The notes beneath the pieces were generated by a model, which saw nothing but the letters and a program-made list of their open reading frames with translations, was not told the DNA's origin and did no database searches. Below are positions 19,290 to 28,867 of a DNA stretch of 64,000 bases, piece by piece. How positions within the stretch are numbered: the stretch's first letter is position 1; every line of letters starts with the position of its first letter. The stretch comes from Clostridia bacterium (GTDB taxonomy: Bacteria; Bacillota; DTU086), in the NCBI GenBank assembly GCA_012523575.1, contig JAAYIF010000052.1, positions 14,635 to 78,634 of the forward strand, written 5' to 3'. A program made the translations under genes and the position numbers.

Positions 19290-20462
19290 TCAGCTGCGCA
19301 CCGCTGCCGCCGCCAATGACAGCAGGTAGAAAAGGCACGCCATGCCCATGAGGACAAATACATAGGGTTGAAGAACTTCCCGGCCGGGATTTTTGAAAAC
19401 CAGGAGGTTGAAGCCCTGAAAAAACCACGTCTGGGGGAAAAACTTTGCCGCTTTCTGCACAAAAGCGGGCATAGCTTCCAAGGGCCACGTATATCCCGAA
19501 AGGATAAAGGAAGGCAGAGCAATTACCATCCCGAATCTCACAGCGTCAACGGGATCCCCGCACAGGGCAGAAATCATCGTTCCCAGGCCATGAATGGAAA
19601 CAGCAAAAACAAGGGTAAAGAGCAAAAGCTCCGCTGGGCTGCACCTAAGGGGCATTTTATATATTCCAAAAGCCATGATGTACAGGGGGATTACTGCCAG
19701 CATAAATCCGATAATATGAGCCAGGGATTTGCTGAAAAAGAAGAGGAATTTTGATACCCTCAGGGCTTTTATCTGGAGCCAGCTTCCTTTCCCCATTTCA
19801 CCGGTTATGTTATAGGTGGCGGTTATGGTGCAGCACTGCTGCCAGACGTTTAGGGCCATGGCCAGAACCACAAAAACGGCATAATTCAGGGTAGAATTGA
19901 ACCAGGGTTCGTCCCTGAAAACAACGCCCATAAGGGCATATTGGGCTTCGGTGTAGTGGACTCCCCTGGCAATGAGTTTTTTAACCCCCAGTTCAGCGCT
20001 GTGGGTTCGGGCCACGGTGAGCACCGCAGAAACGGCATTGTTTGCGTAAATCATATTGCTCCCGTCAATAACGCTCAATATCTTTGATCCCTTTCCTCCG
20101 GCAACGTCCCTGCCGAAGTTCTCAGGAATCACCACTCCCACCACGGCTTCCCCCTTTTCGATAACTTCGCACAGTTCTTTGTAGTCTGCGGAGTAAAGCA
20201 CCACGTTCAGATCTTCACAGTTTTCAATGCTCTGCAGCATTTCGAGACTTTGGGGTGTTCTGTCGAGATCCAGAACCACCGTGGGGATTTCCCTCAACAC
20301 CCGGGTGTAGTAAACGGCAAAAAAAAGAAGCAGGGACAGGATTGAAACAATAAACAATATTCTTCTTAAATCAGAATCCCGCCACAGGAGCTGAAATTCC
20401 CTTGCCACCACAGCAAAGCTTTTTTTAAGCACTTTCAGCATTTTCCCCATCCCTTTTTTCAT
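19290..20462 (-). CDS. ABC-2 type transporter permease
   Basis: 390 aa, paralogous to the preceding permease. Confidence 0.75.
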   Translation of the reverse strand: MKKGMGKMLKVLKKSFAVVAREFQLLWRDSDLRRILFIVSILSLLLFFAVYYTRVLREIPTVVLDLDRTPQSLEMLQSIENCEDLNVVLYSADYKELCEVIEKGEAVVGVVIPENFGRDVAGGKGSKILSVIDGSNMIYANNAVSAVLTVARTHSAELGVKKLIARGVHYTEAQYALMGVVFRDEPWFNSTLNYAVFVVLAMALNVWQQCCTITATYNITGEMGKGSWLQIKALRVSKFLFFFSKSLAHIIGFMLAVIPLYIMAFGIYKMPLRCSPAELLLFTLVFAVSIHGLGTMISALCGDPVDAVRFGMVIALPSFILSGYTWPLEAMPAFVQKAAKFFPQTWFFQGFNLLVFKNPGREVLQPYVFVLMGMACLFYLLSLAAAAVRS

Positions 20463-21159
20463 AAAGTTTCGTTACTTCTTCTTCCCATTTTTCCCGGAGA
20501 GCCGAAGGGTCCATGGGAGTAAAGGTGCCGTCTTTAAGCCATCCGCAGGAGCTTACGGCAGCGCAAACTTCTATACCGCTGAAGCACCCAATACAGGTGC
20601 CCCCACCGTCCACAAAATTCCTTACTTCTTTAAGCATGAGTCTTTGGGATTCTAGGTCTATTCCCGAAAAGGGTTCATCCAGAAGAAGTAGTTTGGGAGG
20701 ACCCAAAAGGGCACAGGCCAGGGAAAGCCTCTTATACACCCCGGCGTCCAGGGCACTGGTGCGCTCCTTAAGGTGCTCCTTTAAGCCCAACCTTTCCACA
20801 AGGTCCGCCGCCCCCTTCATATCTACGCCCTTTAAAGCTCCAATGAAGTCTATATTTTCCCCTGCCCGGAGTTCTCTAAAGAGGCTTGGCTGCTGCGTTA
20901 CAATCCCTTGATACTTTTTAAATTTTTCAGATTTTCTTACGTTAAAGCCCAGCACCTCCACCATTCCCCCAGTGAACCTTTCTATACCCGCAATGATGTG
21001 AAGAAGGGTTGTCTTTCCCGAACCCCCATGACCGAAAATTCCATAGAATTCCCCGGAGGCAACCTCAAAGGATATTCCCTTGAGAATTTCCTTTTTCCCA
21101 ATCCTCTGCACCAAATCCTTTACCTTAACCACAGGCTGTTCTTGGGTCACTTCCCCCAA
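20425..21159 (-). CDS. ABC transporter ATP-binding protein
   Basis: 244 aa. Walker A GHGGSGKTT, Walker B LLLLDEP. Overlaps flanking genes, consistent with translational coupling. Confidence 0.8.
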   Translation of the reverse strand: MGEVTQEQPVVKVKDLVQRIGKKEILKGISFEVASGEFYGIFGHGGSGKTTLLHIIAGIERFTGGMVEVLGFNVRKSEKFKKYQGIVTQQPSLFRELRAGENIDFIGALKGVDMKGAADLVERLGLKEHLKERTSALDAGVYKRLSLACALLGPPKLLLLDEPFSGIDLESQRLMLKEVRNFVDGGGTCIGCFSGIEVCAAVSSCGWLKDGTFTPMDPSALREKWEEEVTKLYEKRDGENAESA

Positions 21160-22226
21160 CCATCTTTCTTTTCTATAAACTTAACTTCCGCGGTCATGCC
21201 TACTTTAAGCTTCAGGTCAGGGTTGGGAACTTCTATCTTCACCTCAAAGCTTCGGATGTCATGGCTGTCCATTTCGCTCACAGCTTTTTTCACGGCAAAT
21301 TCCCCGGCACTGCTTATCCACGTAACCTTCCCTTTAAATTTTTTGTCGGCAAAGGCATCCACACTTATTTCCGCTTCCTGGTTCAAAAATATCCTTCCTA
21401 TTTTATCTTCGCTTATAAGTACTTTTACGTAGGTATTTTTTAGATCCGAAATTTCAAATACAGGGGTTCCAGCGTTCACCAGCTCACCCTCCTCCAAAAA
21501 TTTGCCCGTAACGTATCCGGACATGGGAGCCCTTAAATAGGTATTGTCAAGATAAGCCTCGGCTTCTTGGACAGCACCTTCCGCCTGGCGGCTCTGCCCC
21601 AGGGCGGCTTCGTATTTTGCCCTGGCCACCTCAATGTCTTTCCTTGCGGCGGTGGCTTCCTCCAGTGCCGCCCGGGCCTCCTCCAGGGTTTTTTCCGCAC
21701 CCTTTAAGTTGTTCACCGCTTCGTCGTACTGGGCATCGGATATAACCCCGGTTTCATGGAGTTGCTTTGCCCTTTCATGCTTCTGCTGAGCGTCGGAAAG
21801 CTTCACCTCCGCCTGGGCCACCTTGGCTTCGATCTGGGCAATTTTAGCCTCCAATTGGCTTTCCGCCGAGGTGACCGCCTTCTGGGCGGCTTCCACCTGT
21901 CCCTGGGCCGCCTTATGGGCTCCCTGGGCCTGGGTGATTTTAGCTCTTATTTCGCTGCTGTCAAGGACCGCCAGAACCTGCCCCTTTTCCACCCAGTCCC
22001 CTTCCTTTACGTACATCTTTTCAATTCTACCCGCTATTTTAAATGACGCATTGGCAGAAACCGCTTCCACGGTTCCTATGCTGGTAAGCTCATTTTTCTC
22101 CCGGGCTTGAACCAGTTCGTTTTTGTAAAAATAATTATTATAGATATAATAGCCACCAAAAAGTAAACCCAGAGCTAAAACAAGCACCGCCAGTTTTTTT
22201 AATTTTATTTTAGAAAATTCATCCAT
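21147..22226 (-). CDS. HlyD-family membrane-fusion (periplasmic adaptor) protein
   Basis: Start set at MDEFSKIK (GGGAGG RBS). N-terminal TM, long coiled-coil, beta-barrel C-terminal region. Confidence 0.8.
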   Translation of the reverse strand: MDEFSKIKLKKLAVLVLALGLLFGGYYIYNNYFYKNELVQAREKNELTSIGTVEAVSANASFKIAGRIEKMYVKEGDWVEKGQVLAVLDSSEIRAKITQAQGAHKAAQGQVEAAQKAVTSAESQLEAKIAQIEAKVAQAEVKLSDAQQKHERAKQLHETGVISDAQYDEAVNNLKGAEKTLEEARAALEEATAARKDIEVARAKYEAALGQSRQAEGAVQEAEAYLDNTYLRAPMSGYVTGKFLEEGELVNAGTPVFEISDLKNTYVKVLISEDKIGRIFLNQEAEISVDAFADKKFKGKVTWISSAGEFAVKKAVSEMDSHDIRSFEVKIEVPNPDLKLKVGMTAEVKFIEKKDGWGK

Positions 22227-22361
22227 ACGCCCGCCTCCCAACTGCATTATAAATAAATGACCGCCTGGTCATTTTTTCACCAAAAGAAATTATAACACCC
22301 TTTGGATAAACTATCCAGTAAAAAATTACATAAAAAAATAAAGGCAGCAATTTCTGCTGCC

Positions 22362-23891
22362 CTACTGCTGCCACGTTATTACACCCCTTCGGCTGCCAGC
22401 ATCCCAGTGAACGGAAAATCCTTGGACGTGGGACAACAGGCGAAGGGGAATAAAAACCCTACCGTTTACAATCCTGGGTCCTACCGCCGGTTTAATCTCC
22501 TTTGCGTCAACTCCTTCAATCCTTACAGTACCCTTTCTAAGCTCCATATAAATTTTTTGTCCACCCAGGCCCAGCACCGCTTCCTTTTTCTGGGGATCCC
22601 AATTCATGGTTCCCCCAAAGGCTTCAGCGATAAGCCGCGCCGGCACCATTATGTTTCCCTGGGAAATAAAAATTCCTCCTCCGTAAGCCACAAGCCTTCC
22701 GTTTAAGTAAGTGGCACCCACATCGGGTAGAACTATGAGACTGCTTCCATAAGTCCTCGAGCCCTGCCCTCGACTCAGCAGTATGGCTTCCGCCGCTTTC
22801 AGCTGGAGCTCGGGATCCATTATGACGTAATGGGGGCTTACCCCTATGCCGTCTATCCTCCTTCCCATGGAAGAAAGGTATTCCCCGGTGGTTATTTTAA
22901 GGACTGCCCCGGGTTCGCTGTCCAAAGGCATTACGGTCTGCACCGTCCCTTTGCCAAAGGTGGTGGTCCCCACCAAAATGCCGGCATGGTTTTCTTTAAC
23001 GGCGGCGGCCACAATTTCCGAAGCGCTTGCGCTTCCGTGGTCCACCAGCACCACCAGGGGCAGGGTGTTAACCAAAGGCCTTTTTGCCCATACCCTTACC
23101 GTTTCACTGCTGTTTCTCACATAGGTTATTGTTCTGCCCTGGGGAAGAAAGAGCTCCGCAACTTCCAGGGCAGAGGTAAGGTAGCCTCCGGGATTGTTCC
23201 TGAGATCAAGGATTATGCCTCTAGCACCCTGAGCCTTTAATTCCCTTAAAGCCTTTTCCGTTTTTTCTCCCACGTCGGAAGAGAAAGTGGTGATCCTGAT
23301 GTATCCCACCCCGCTGTCCAAAAGTTCATACTCCACAGTTTCCAGTACAATGTTTCTTCTGGTCAGGGTAACGTTAAAGCCCGTGTCTTCCCTAAGAACG
23401 GTAAGGGTGACTTTTGTGCCCGGCTCACCTCTTACCATGCCGGCAACACTGTCAATGCTTTTTCCATAGGTGCTTATGCCGTTAACAGCGGTGATTATAT
23501 CTCCCGGTTTAAGTCCCACGGCCTCCGCGGGGCTTCCCTTAAACACACTTATTATCACCACTGCGCCGTCTTTTACGCCCAGCTCCATTCCCACACCGCC
23601 GTAGGATCCATTGGTGTCATCCATGAATTCCCGGTATTCTTCGGGAGAAAAATACTGCGTATAGGGGTCCCCCAGTACTTCAATTAATTGTTCAACGTCC
23701 CCGGAGCTGTACAGAATCCATTCGCTTACGGGGTGATAATAGTAACTGCGTATTATGCTCCGCACTTCCTGAAGAAGTTGGTTATTATAGGCTGCTTCCG
23801 CAAAGGAGCAGATTGCAAAAATGAAAAGCAGTGCCAGCACCAAAGCGGCAGTAGCTGGCCTAAGGACATTCCTGGATATCCTTTTCCCCAT
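22362..23891 (-). CDS. S41 C-terminal processing peptidase with PDZ domain and C-terminal copper-amine-oxidase-N ('stalk') domain
   Basis: 509 aa. Signal peptide. PDZ region (GLKPGDIITAVNG). S41 catalytic region (…GSASASEI…TFGKG). C-terminal CuAO-N-like domain. Confidence 0.8.
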   Translation of the reverse strand: MGKRISRNVLRPATAALVLALLFIFAICSFAEAAYNNQLLQEVRSIIRSYYYHPVSEWILYSSGDVEQLIEVLGDPYTQYFSPEEYREFMDDTNGSYGGVGMELGVKDGAVVIISVFKGSPAEAVGLKPGDIITAVNGISTYGKSIDSVAGMVRGEPGTKVTLTVLREDTGFNVTLTRRNIVLETVEYELLDSGVGYIRITTFSSDVGEKTEKALRELKAQGARGIILDLRNNPGGYLTSALEVAELFLPQGRTITYVRNSSETVRVWAKRPLVNTLPLVVLVDHGSASASEIVAAAVKENHAGILVGTTTFGKGTVQTVMPLDSEPGAVLKITTGEYLSSMGRRIDGIGVSPHYVIMDPELQLKAAEAILLSRGQGSRTYGSSLIVLPDVGATYLNGRLVAYGGGIFISQGNIMVPARLIAEAFGGTMNWDPQKKEAVLGLGGQKIYMELRKGTVRIEGVDAKEIKPAVGPRIVNGRVFIPLRLLSHVQGFSVHWDAGSRRGVITWQQ

Positions 23892-24003
23892 AGCCTTTCC
23901 CCTCCTTATAATGCAGCCTTCTTGATTCAGATTTTACAGCACCTATTTTATGGAAATCAATTAATCAATTATAAATATTATAAAAAAAGAAAACTTTAAA
24001 ATT

Positions 24004-24624
24004 TTACTCTTTTTGCTCTCCACCCATTTTAATCATGGAATAATCTTTTAAACAGCAGTAAAGGTGGTACACCACCAGACCCCTTGGAGAATAAATCACT
24101 CCCTGGGGATCATCTGCCGCACCTTTTATATTACAGGGACTGTAGAAGCGGCAGTATTCTTCCTTTATCATCTGGGCGTCCCTGAGCCTGTTTCTTACGG
24201 TTTCTATCTTCTCCATGCACGGGAAAAGAGCTCCTCCCTTGAGCTTCAAGCTGCACCTCACCTCTCCCTCCCCTCCGGAAATGCATTCCACAACCTTATC
24301 CAGAACAACATATCCCAATGCTCCCTGATCTTTGGAAAAGGTTTTCCTCACTTTTAGGGGCACCATTACGTATTCTGCATGGAAGGGAAGGGGAACGCAG
24401 TTTTTCTTTCCCACCACTCACCCATACCGCCGCCTCAGAGAGACGAGGTCCACTGCGAAGATTTCCGCCAGCCCCCTTAAAATGCTTTTGGTTTTTCTCA
24501 CATATGAAAGTTCCCTTCCGTCGTCCAGAAGAATTCGGGTGCAGTTTCCTCCGTTTTCGTCGTAGTATGGATAGAAACCTGCCAAACTGCGCCATATCCC
24601 GCTCAGGTCTACTTTCTTCGGCAT
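24004..24624 (-). CDS. Cys-rich ORF interrupted by an in-frame TGA (candidate selenoprotein, or a disrupted/two-part gene)
   Basis: ORFs 24418..24660 and 24004..24417 are in the same frame, separated only by TGA (plus-strand TCA at 24418-24420), and GTG follows immediately. Likely start MPKKVDL at 24624 (GGGGTG RBS). The downstream half is Cys-rich (C…C…CC). Confidence 0.35.
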
Positions 24625-24683
24625 TGTATCACCCCTTTCCCATTCTATTATAGGGAACATATGTTCGATGTCAAGGGAGCTTT

Positions 24684-25211
24684 TTAGGGATCCACCACAA
24701 AACAGCTCATCCCCATTTTTCTAAGCCTTTGGGCAAACTGCTCCGCATTCTCCCGGGAGCTGAAGGCTCCGCACTGAACCTTCCAGTATTTTTCCTCTCC
24801 GTTAAGGCCTTTTAAAATCCGGGAAAGGGGAAAATGTTTTCCTGGACATAGGGTTTTTGCCCCGGGAACCCCGTTGTGGGGCAGAACATTTTTCTCCGGA
24901 ATATTAAATTCTTTCACGAGCTTTTTAAGAAGGGAAATAAGAGCCGCAATCTGCTCTTCCGTAGGACTTCGCACCTCGAAATTTCCGATTAAAGCGATTC
25001 CTACGGATTTATGGTTCATCCCCGAAGCGCTGCAGTGGGCACCGGGAATGTCAAGGGATCTCCCCTTTACAACGGTGCCGTCCCTCACGATTATATAGTT
25101 GTATCCCACGTCCCTCCATCCTTTACTGAGATGGTATTTACGCACCTGTTTGGCGTTTTTTTCCTCCGCTCCCGTATGATGCAGTATAATGTAACTTCTA
25201 GGATATTGCAC
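24684..25211 (-). CDS. N-acetylmuramoyl-L-alanine amidase (amidase_2/PGRP) with C-terminal SPOR domain (CwlC-like)
   Basis: 175 aa, GTG start. Amidase_2 core (ILHHTG…GYNYII…HNGVPGAKTLCPG) followed by a SPOR-like tail. Confidence 0.8.
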   Translation of the reverse strand: MQYPRSYIILHHTGAEEKNAKQVRKYHLSKGWRDVGYNYIIVRDGTVVKGRSLDIPGAHCSASGMNHKSVGIALIGNFEVRSPTEEQIAALISLLKKLVKEFNIPEKNVLPHNGVPGAKTLCPGKHFPLSRILKGLNGEEKYWKVQCGAFSSRENAEQFAQRLRKMGMSCFVVDP

Positions 25212-25348
25212 GGCTTACCACCTCCCCCAGCCTTGCTATGGCTAATGTAAGCTCATCAAGTTTTTTTTCCACCCGCACCAGAAGATAAATTGCTACCACC
25301 ATGGGAAATCCGTAGTTTCCCACCTGGAGCCATAAGTTTTCCATCACC
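25199..25348 (-). CDS. YvrJ-family small protein (49 aa)
   Basis: MENLWLQVGNYGFPMVVAIYLLVRVEKKLDELTLAIARLGGGGKPCNIL. Matches the YvrJ family pattern (M..LW…GFP..V..YLL.R.E.KLD.L). Not in the ORF track (<60 aa). Confidence 0.6.
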
Positions 25349-25414
25349 GGTACCCCCTTGATATTTATATATTATGAAGGGCGGCCTGCCTTTAGCGCCT
25401 GCCGCCCCATAGCT

Positions 25415-25642
25415 TTAAAAAACGTCAAATTCATGAACTTCAGTAGTTACCAGCTGGGCCGAAACCACGCCCACCAGGTTGCCGTCGCTGGTTTCAAAAA
25501 TGTTTTTGGATATGATGGTATCCATGGCAGACTGCACTTCCGCATCAGTTAAATTACTCCTGGGATTGTCAATGGAAATGGTTCTCCTTCTTCCCCCGGC
25601 GGTTCTGAAGGTGAGCTGCAGCCTTGCAGCCACTGTTATCAC
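25415..25642 (-). CDS. DUF2922-like small protein
   Basis: 75 aa, …LTFRTAGGRRRTISIDNPRSNLTDAEVQSAMDTIISKNIF… Usual partner of DUF1659 in Firmicutes. Confidence 0.55.
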   Translation of the reverse strand: MITVAARLQLTFRTAGGRRRTISIDNPRSNLTDAEVQSAMDTIISKNIFETSDGNLVGVVSAQLVTTEVHEFDVF

Positions 25643-25686
25643 CTCCCTTTAAACATGGTTTTTCTTTTCCTTAAAGTTTACTCTAC

Positions 25687-26016
25687 TTACTCCCAGGTTT
25701 CGGTTAGCTCAATATTGTTCACCCTTAAAACTTCCACCAGGGGAAGTTCCTGCAGGTCCGCCAGTACCATAGCCACATCGTACACATCCTGATCCGATGC
25801 CTCAGGTTTTACCCCTGAGTAAGATCTGGTGCGGTAAACAGGGTTTCCTATTTCATCGGTACCCACCTGCAGGATGAGGCATAGCCTTGAGCCCTGGGGC
25901 ACTGCATTAACAGCCATCTTTTTCACCTCCTTCAACCTTGCTGAGAACATTTTAAAATCCACCTTAAAAAAACCAAAAAGACGACCCATACGGAGGTCGT
26001 CCGGAAACAGCTGCAC
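25687..26016 (-). CDS. DUF1659-like small protein
   Basis: 109 aa. Paired upstream of the DUF2922 gene. Confidence 0.5.
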   Translation of the reverse strand: MQLFPDDLRMGRLFGFFKVDFKMFSARLKEVKKMAVNAVPQGSRLCLILQVGTDEIGNPVYRTRSYSGVKPEASDQDVYDVAMVLADLQELPLVEVLRVNNIELTETWE

Positions 26017-26254
26017 CAGGGATTAGATTTTTAAATACAGAAGGATTTTTAAACGTACCAAAGACTAAATAGGGTCTTTTTTCCCAGTGAACCTATTTTT
26101 TAAAAATTCGAAAAAACGCACATCAAAAGGAAGCGTATAATAATAATGTAGATAACATTCCCCTGGTATGATAGAATATATAGTCGCCAGTCCTACTGTA
26201 TCAAAGGACTTGAACTCAGCGGGCTTTTAGGCACCTGATTCTGGAGGGCTTTTT

Positions 26255-27244
26255 ATGTTTGGCCATAGAACGTCAAGCACAATACCCAATGTAAAGGTTG
26301 TGGGAATAGGTAGCGGGGGAAATCTGGTAATCAATCAAATGATCTCCCAGGGCATTAAGGGCCCAGATTATATTAACCTGGATACAAATCCCCATTTCTT
26401 AAGCCTGTGCAGAGCCCAGCAAAAGCTTAAAATGTTCCATGGCGGCCTCTCCCCAACGGAAATAAGTCAAATAATGGAAGAAACAGCCAGGGAAAATAAA
26501 GAGCACTTTTCAAAAATGTTTAAGGGGGCTGACGTGGTAATAATTGTGGCAGCTCTGGGGGGAAATGTGGGAAGTTCCATAGCTCCCATAGTGGCGGAGG
26601 CGGCCATGGAAGTAGATTCTGTAACCATAGCGGCTGTCACAAAACCCCTTACCTTTGGGCTTAAGGATAGGCTTATCATGGCTGAAGAGAGAGTGGCCCA
26701 GCTTAAGGAAAGGGTGCACACCCTAATGGTTGTGCAAAACGACGTGCTTCAAGAAAAGTTGGGCAAAACTGCGGTACCTGCGGATATATTCCGCTCGGGG
26801 GATGAAATGCTCATCAGGGGTATTCAATCTATTATCCTAACGCTGATCTTTGAAGAGCACCGGAGGAGAAAAAATGCCGCAGCCATAGGGGAAATTAAAC
26901 ACTTTACCCGAAACTACAGCCCCGCTGAATTAAAAAACTTTCTCAAACAAGGCGGCACCGCAGTTATAGGAACGGGCAGCGCTTCAGGTAAAAGAAAAAC
27001 CCTGGAAGCAGCTAAAACCGCTCTTTCCCACTGTTTAACGGAACAACAGAACAGAAATGCGGAGTACGTCATACTAAACGTTACCAGGGGAAAGGAATCC
27101 CACCTTTTGGACGTAAACACCCTGCTAAAAATGGCTAGGAGGGCCTTCAGCAAAGAAGTGAAAATATTCTTTACGGATACGATTTTGGACAAAGATATGG
27201 GGGGAGAAGTAAACGTCACAGCCATTGCAGGCAAAAGGGACTAA
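26255..27244 (+). CDS. Divergent FtsZ/tubulin-like protein (degenerate GTP-binding motifs)
   Basis: 329 aa. VKVVGIGSGGNLVINQM aligns to FtsZ IKVIGVGGGGNNAVNRM. ALGGNVGSSIAPIVA aligns to GGGTGTGAAPVIA with G→N and T→V. VVQNDVLQE aligns to IPNDRLLE. No recognisable T7 'NVDFAD' loop and no C-terminal tail. Confidence 0.7.
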   Translation: MFGHRTSSTIPNVKVVGIGSGGNLVINQMISQGIKGPDYINLDTNPHFLSLCRAQQKLKMFHGGLSPTEISQIMEETARENKEHFSKMFKGADVVIIVAALGGNVGSSIAPIVAEAAMEVDSVTIAAVTKPLTFGLKDRLIMAEERVAQLKERVHTLMVVQNDVLQEKLGKTAVPADIFRSGDEMLIRGIQSIILTLIFEEHRRRKNAAAIGEIKHFTRNYSPAELKNFLKQGGTAVIGTGSASGKRKTLEAAKTALSHCLTEQQNRNAEYVILNVTRGKESHLLDVNTLLKMARRAFSKEVKIFFTDTILDKDMGGEVNVTAIAGKRD

Positions 27245-27446
27245 AAGGGTAAAGCCCTAAACGCTGCTGCGTATCCCTTCCATAAATCCTCGGGATTCCC
27301 TATTTATAACTACATATTATTGTTTACTGGTGAACAAAAATCATGTAGACTCTAAGTAAGAAAAATGTTGGAACCCGAAAGTTCCAATGGAAAATTAAAG
27401 GAGAGGTTGCGTTAAGGGCAGGTTCTCTTGAAAAGGGGGATGTACC

Positions 27447-27884
27447 ATGCTGGAACTTGAAGTCAAAATGGTCTGCCTGGACGAAAACAATCAGCATGTG
27501 GTCGTGCTCACGGATAAGGAACAGAAAATTGCCTTTCCCATATGGATCGGACTCTTTGAAGCCCAAGCCATAGCCTTAAGGCTGAAAAATGAAAAATTTC
27601 CCCGTCCCCTGACCCACGATCTGTTTATCTCGTGGTGCAAGGCGACAAACAGCACCATTGATAAGGTAGTTATTACCGACATCACTCCGGACAGCACATA
27701 TGTCGCCCAGATCCACCTGATTCACCAAAATCAGGAAAAGATTATCGATTCCAGACCCAGCGACGCCATTGCCCTTGCTTTGAGAAGCAACGCTAAAATA
27801 TATATGACCACTAAGCTCATTGAGTTTACCCATAACTTTGAAGACCTTTTTCCCGAAGGGCTTGAGCGCGGAGAAACGCACTAG
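27447..27884 (+). CDS. Bifunctional nuclease (BFN/DUF151) family protein
   Basis: 145 aa. Conserved RPLTHDL motif. Confidence 0.75.
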   Translation: MLELEVKMVCLDENNQHVVVLTDKEQKIAFPIWIGLFEAQAIALRLKNEKFPRPLTHDLFISWCKATNSTIDKVVITDITPDSTYVAQIHLIHQNQEKIIDSRPSDAIALALRSNAKIYMTTKLIEFTHNFEDLFPEGLERGETH

Positions 27885-28101
27885 ATACGGATCCCGCCCC
27901 AAAAAAGTATTGAAACATTCCCTTGGAAAAGTCCCAGTATCCCTTACGAAAATGCCCATCTTTTGATCCCACTTTTTTCCCAACACGCTGATCGAAAGGA
28001 TTAATCATTAGCGCTTTTTTTGTATAAAATATAAAGGAATTTGCACCGCTCCTGTCTAAAGATGGAAATAATTAATATATATTCAGTGGAGGTGCGGCAT
28101 T

Positions 28102-28770
28102 TTGAAATTTACGGATGAAGCCCGGAAAAAGGCTGCTCCTATTTGGGACGCACAATTCAGCCATCCCTTCGTAAAGGGCATAGGGGACGGAAGCCTAGAC
28201 ATGGAAAAGTTTAAATACTGGGTCAGGCAGGATTACGTCTACCTGAAGAACTACTCAAGGGTCTTTGCCCTGGGGGCTGCCAAAGCCAAGGATCTGAAAA
28301 CCATGGGTACCTTTGCCAAGCTTCTGGACGGGACCCTGAATATGGAGATGGAGCTCCACCGGAATTATGCTGCAAAGTTTGGCATATCCGAAGAAGAGCT
28401 GGAAAATGAAACCCCAGCTCCTACCACCCAAGCTTACACTGACTATCTGGTGGTCTGTTCCTACAGCGGAGATCTGGCAGAGCTCATAGCGGCGCTGCTA
28501 CCCTGTGCATGGGGATTCTGGGAAATTGGAAAGTACCTTAAGGAGCACGGGGATACGTCGGAGAAAAACCCCTACAGAGACTGGATAGAGATGTATTCAT
28601 CCAAGGAATTTGAAGAATTATGCCTCTGGTGTATGGAGCTCATGGACAGGGAAGCAGAGCTGTGCCCGCCCCATAAAAAGGAGATTCTCCTGGATATTTT
28701 CATTACCAGCAGTAAGTATGAGTATATGTTCTGGGAAATGGCTTACAATCTTGAAAAGTGGCCGGTGTAA
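28102..28770 (+). CDS. tenA: Thiaminase II / aminopyrimidine aminohydrolase TenA
   Basis: 222 aa, TTG start with GGAGGTG RBS. TenA/THI-4 family signature (FVKGIGDGSLDMEKFKYWVRQDYVYL…). Confidence 0.8.
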   Translation: MKFTDEARKKAAPIWDAQFSHPFVKGIGDGSLDMEKFKYWVRQDYVYLKNYSRVFALGAAKAKDLKTMGTFAKLLDGTLNMEMELHRNYAAKFGISEEELENETPAPTTQAYTDYLVVCSYSGDLAELIAALLPCAWGFWEIGKYLKEHGDTSEKNPYRDWIEMYSSKEFEELCLWCMELMDREAELCPPHKKEILLDIFITSSKYEYMFWEMAYNLEKWPV

Positions 28771-28796
28771 AACGCCAATACTTAAAAAAGACACAA

Positions 28797-28840
28797 AGCC
28801 CTGTACTGAAGACAGTGCAGGGCTTATTTTTTTCAAAGGG
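28797..28840. terminator. Bidirectional terminator after tenA
   Basis: AGCCCTGTACTG-AAGA-CAGTGCAGGGCT with a T-run on the plus side and TTGTGTCTTTTTT on the minus side. Confidence 0.65.
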
Positions 28841-28867
28841 TCTCTGCTGCAGTTTTCTCTACTTGCG

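Noticed and set aside
27885-28101. TPP riboswitch upstream of tenA
   Set aside because: No CTGAGA / ACCTGATCTGGNTAATACCAGCG-type THI-box elements in the leader.
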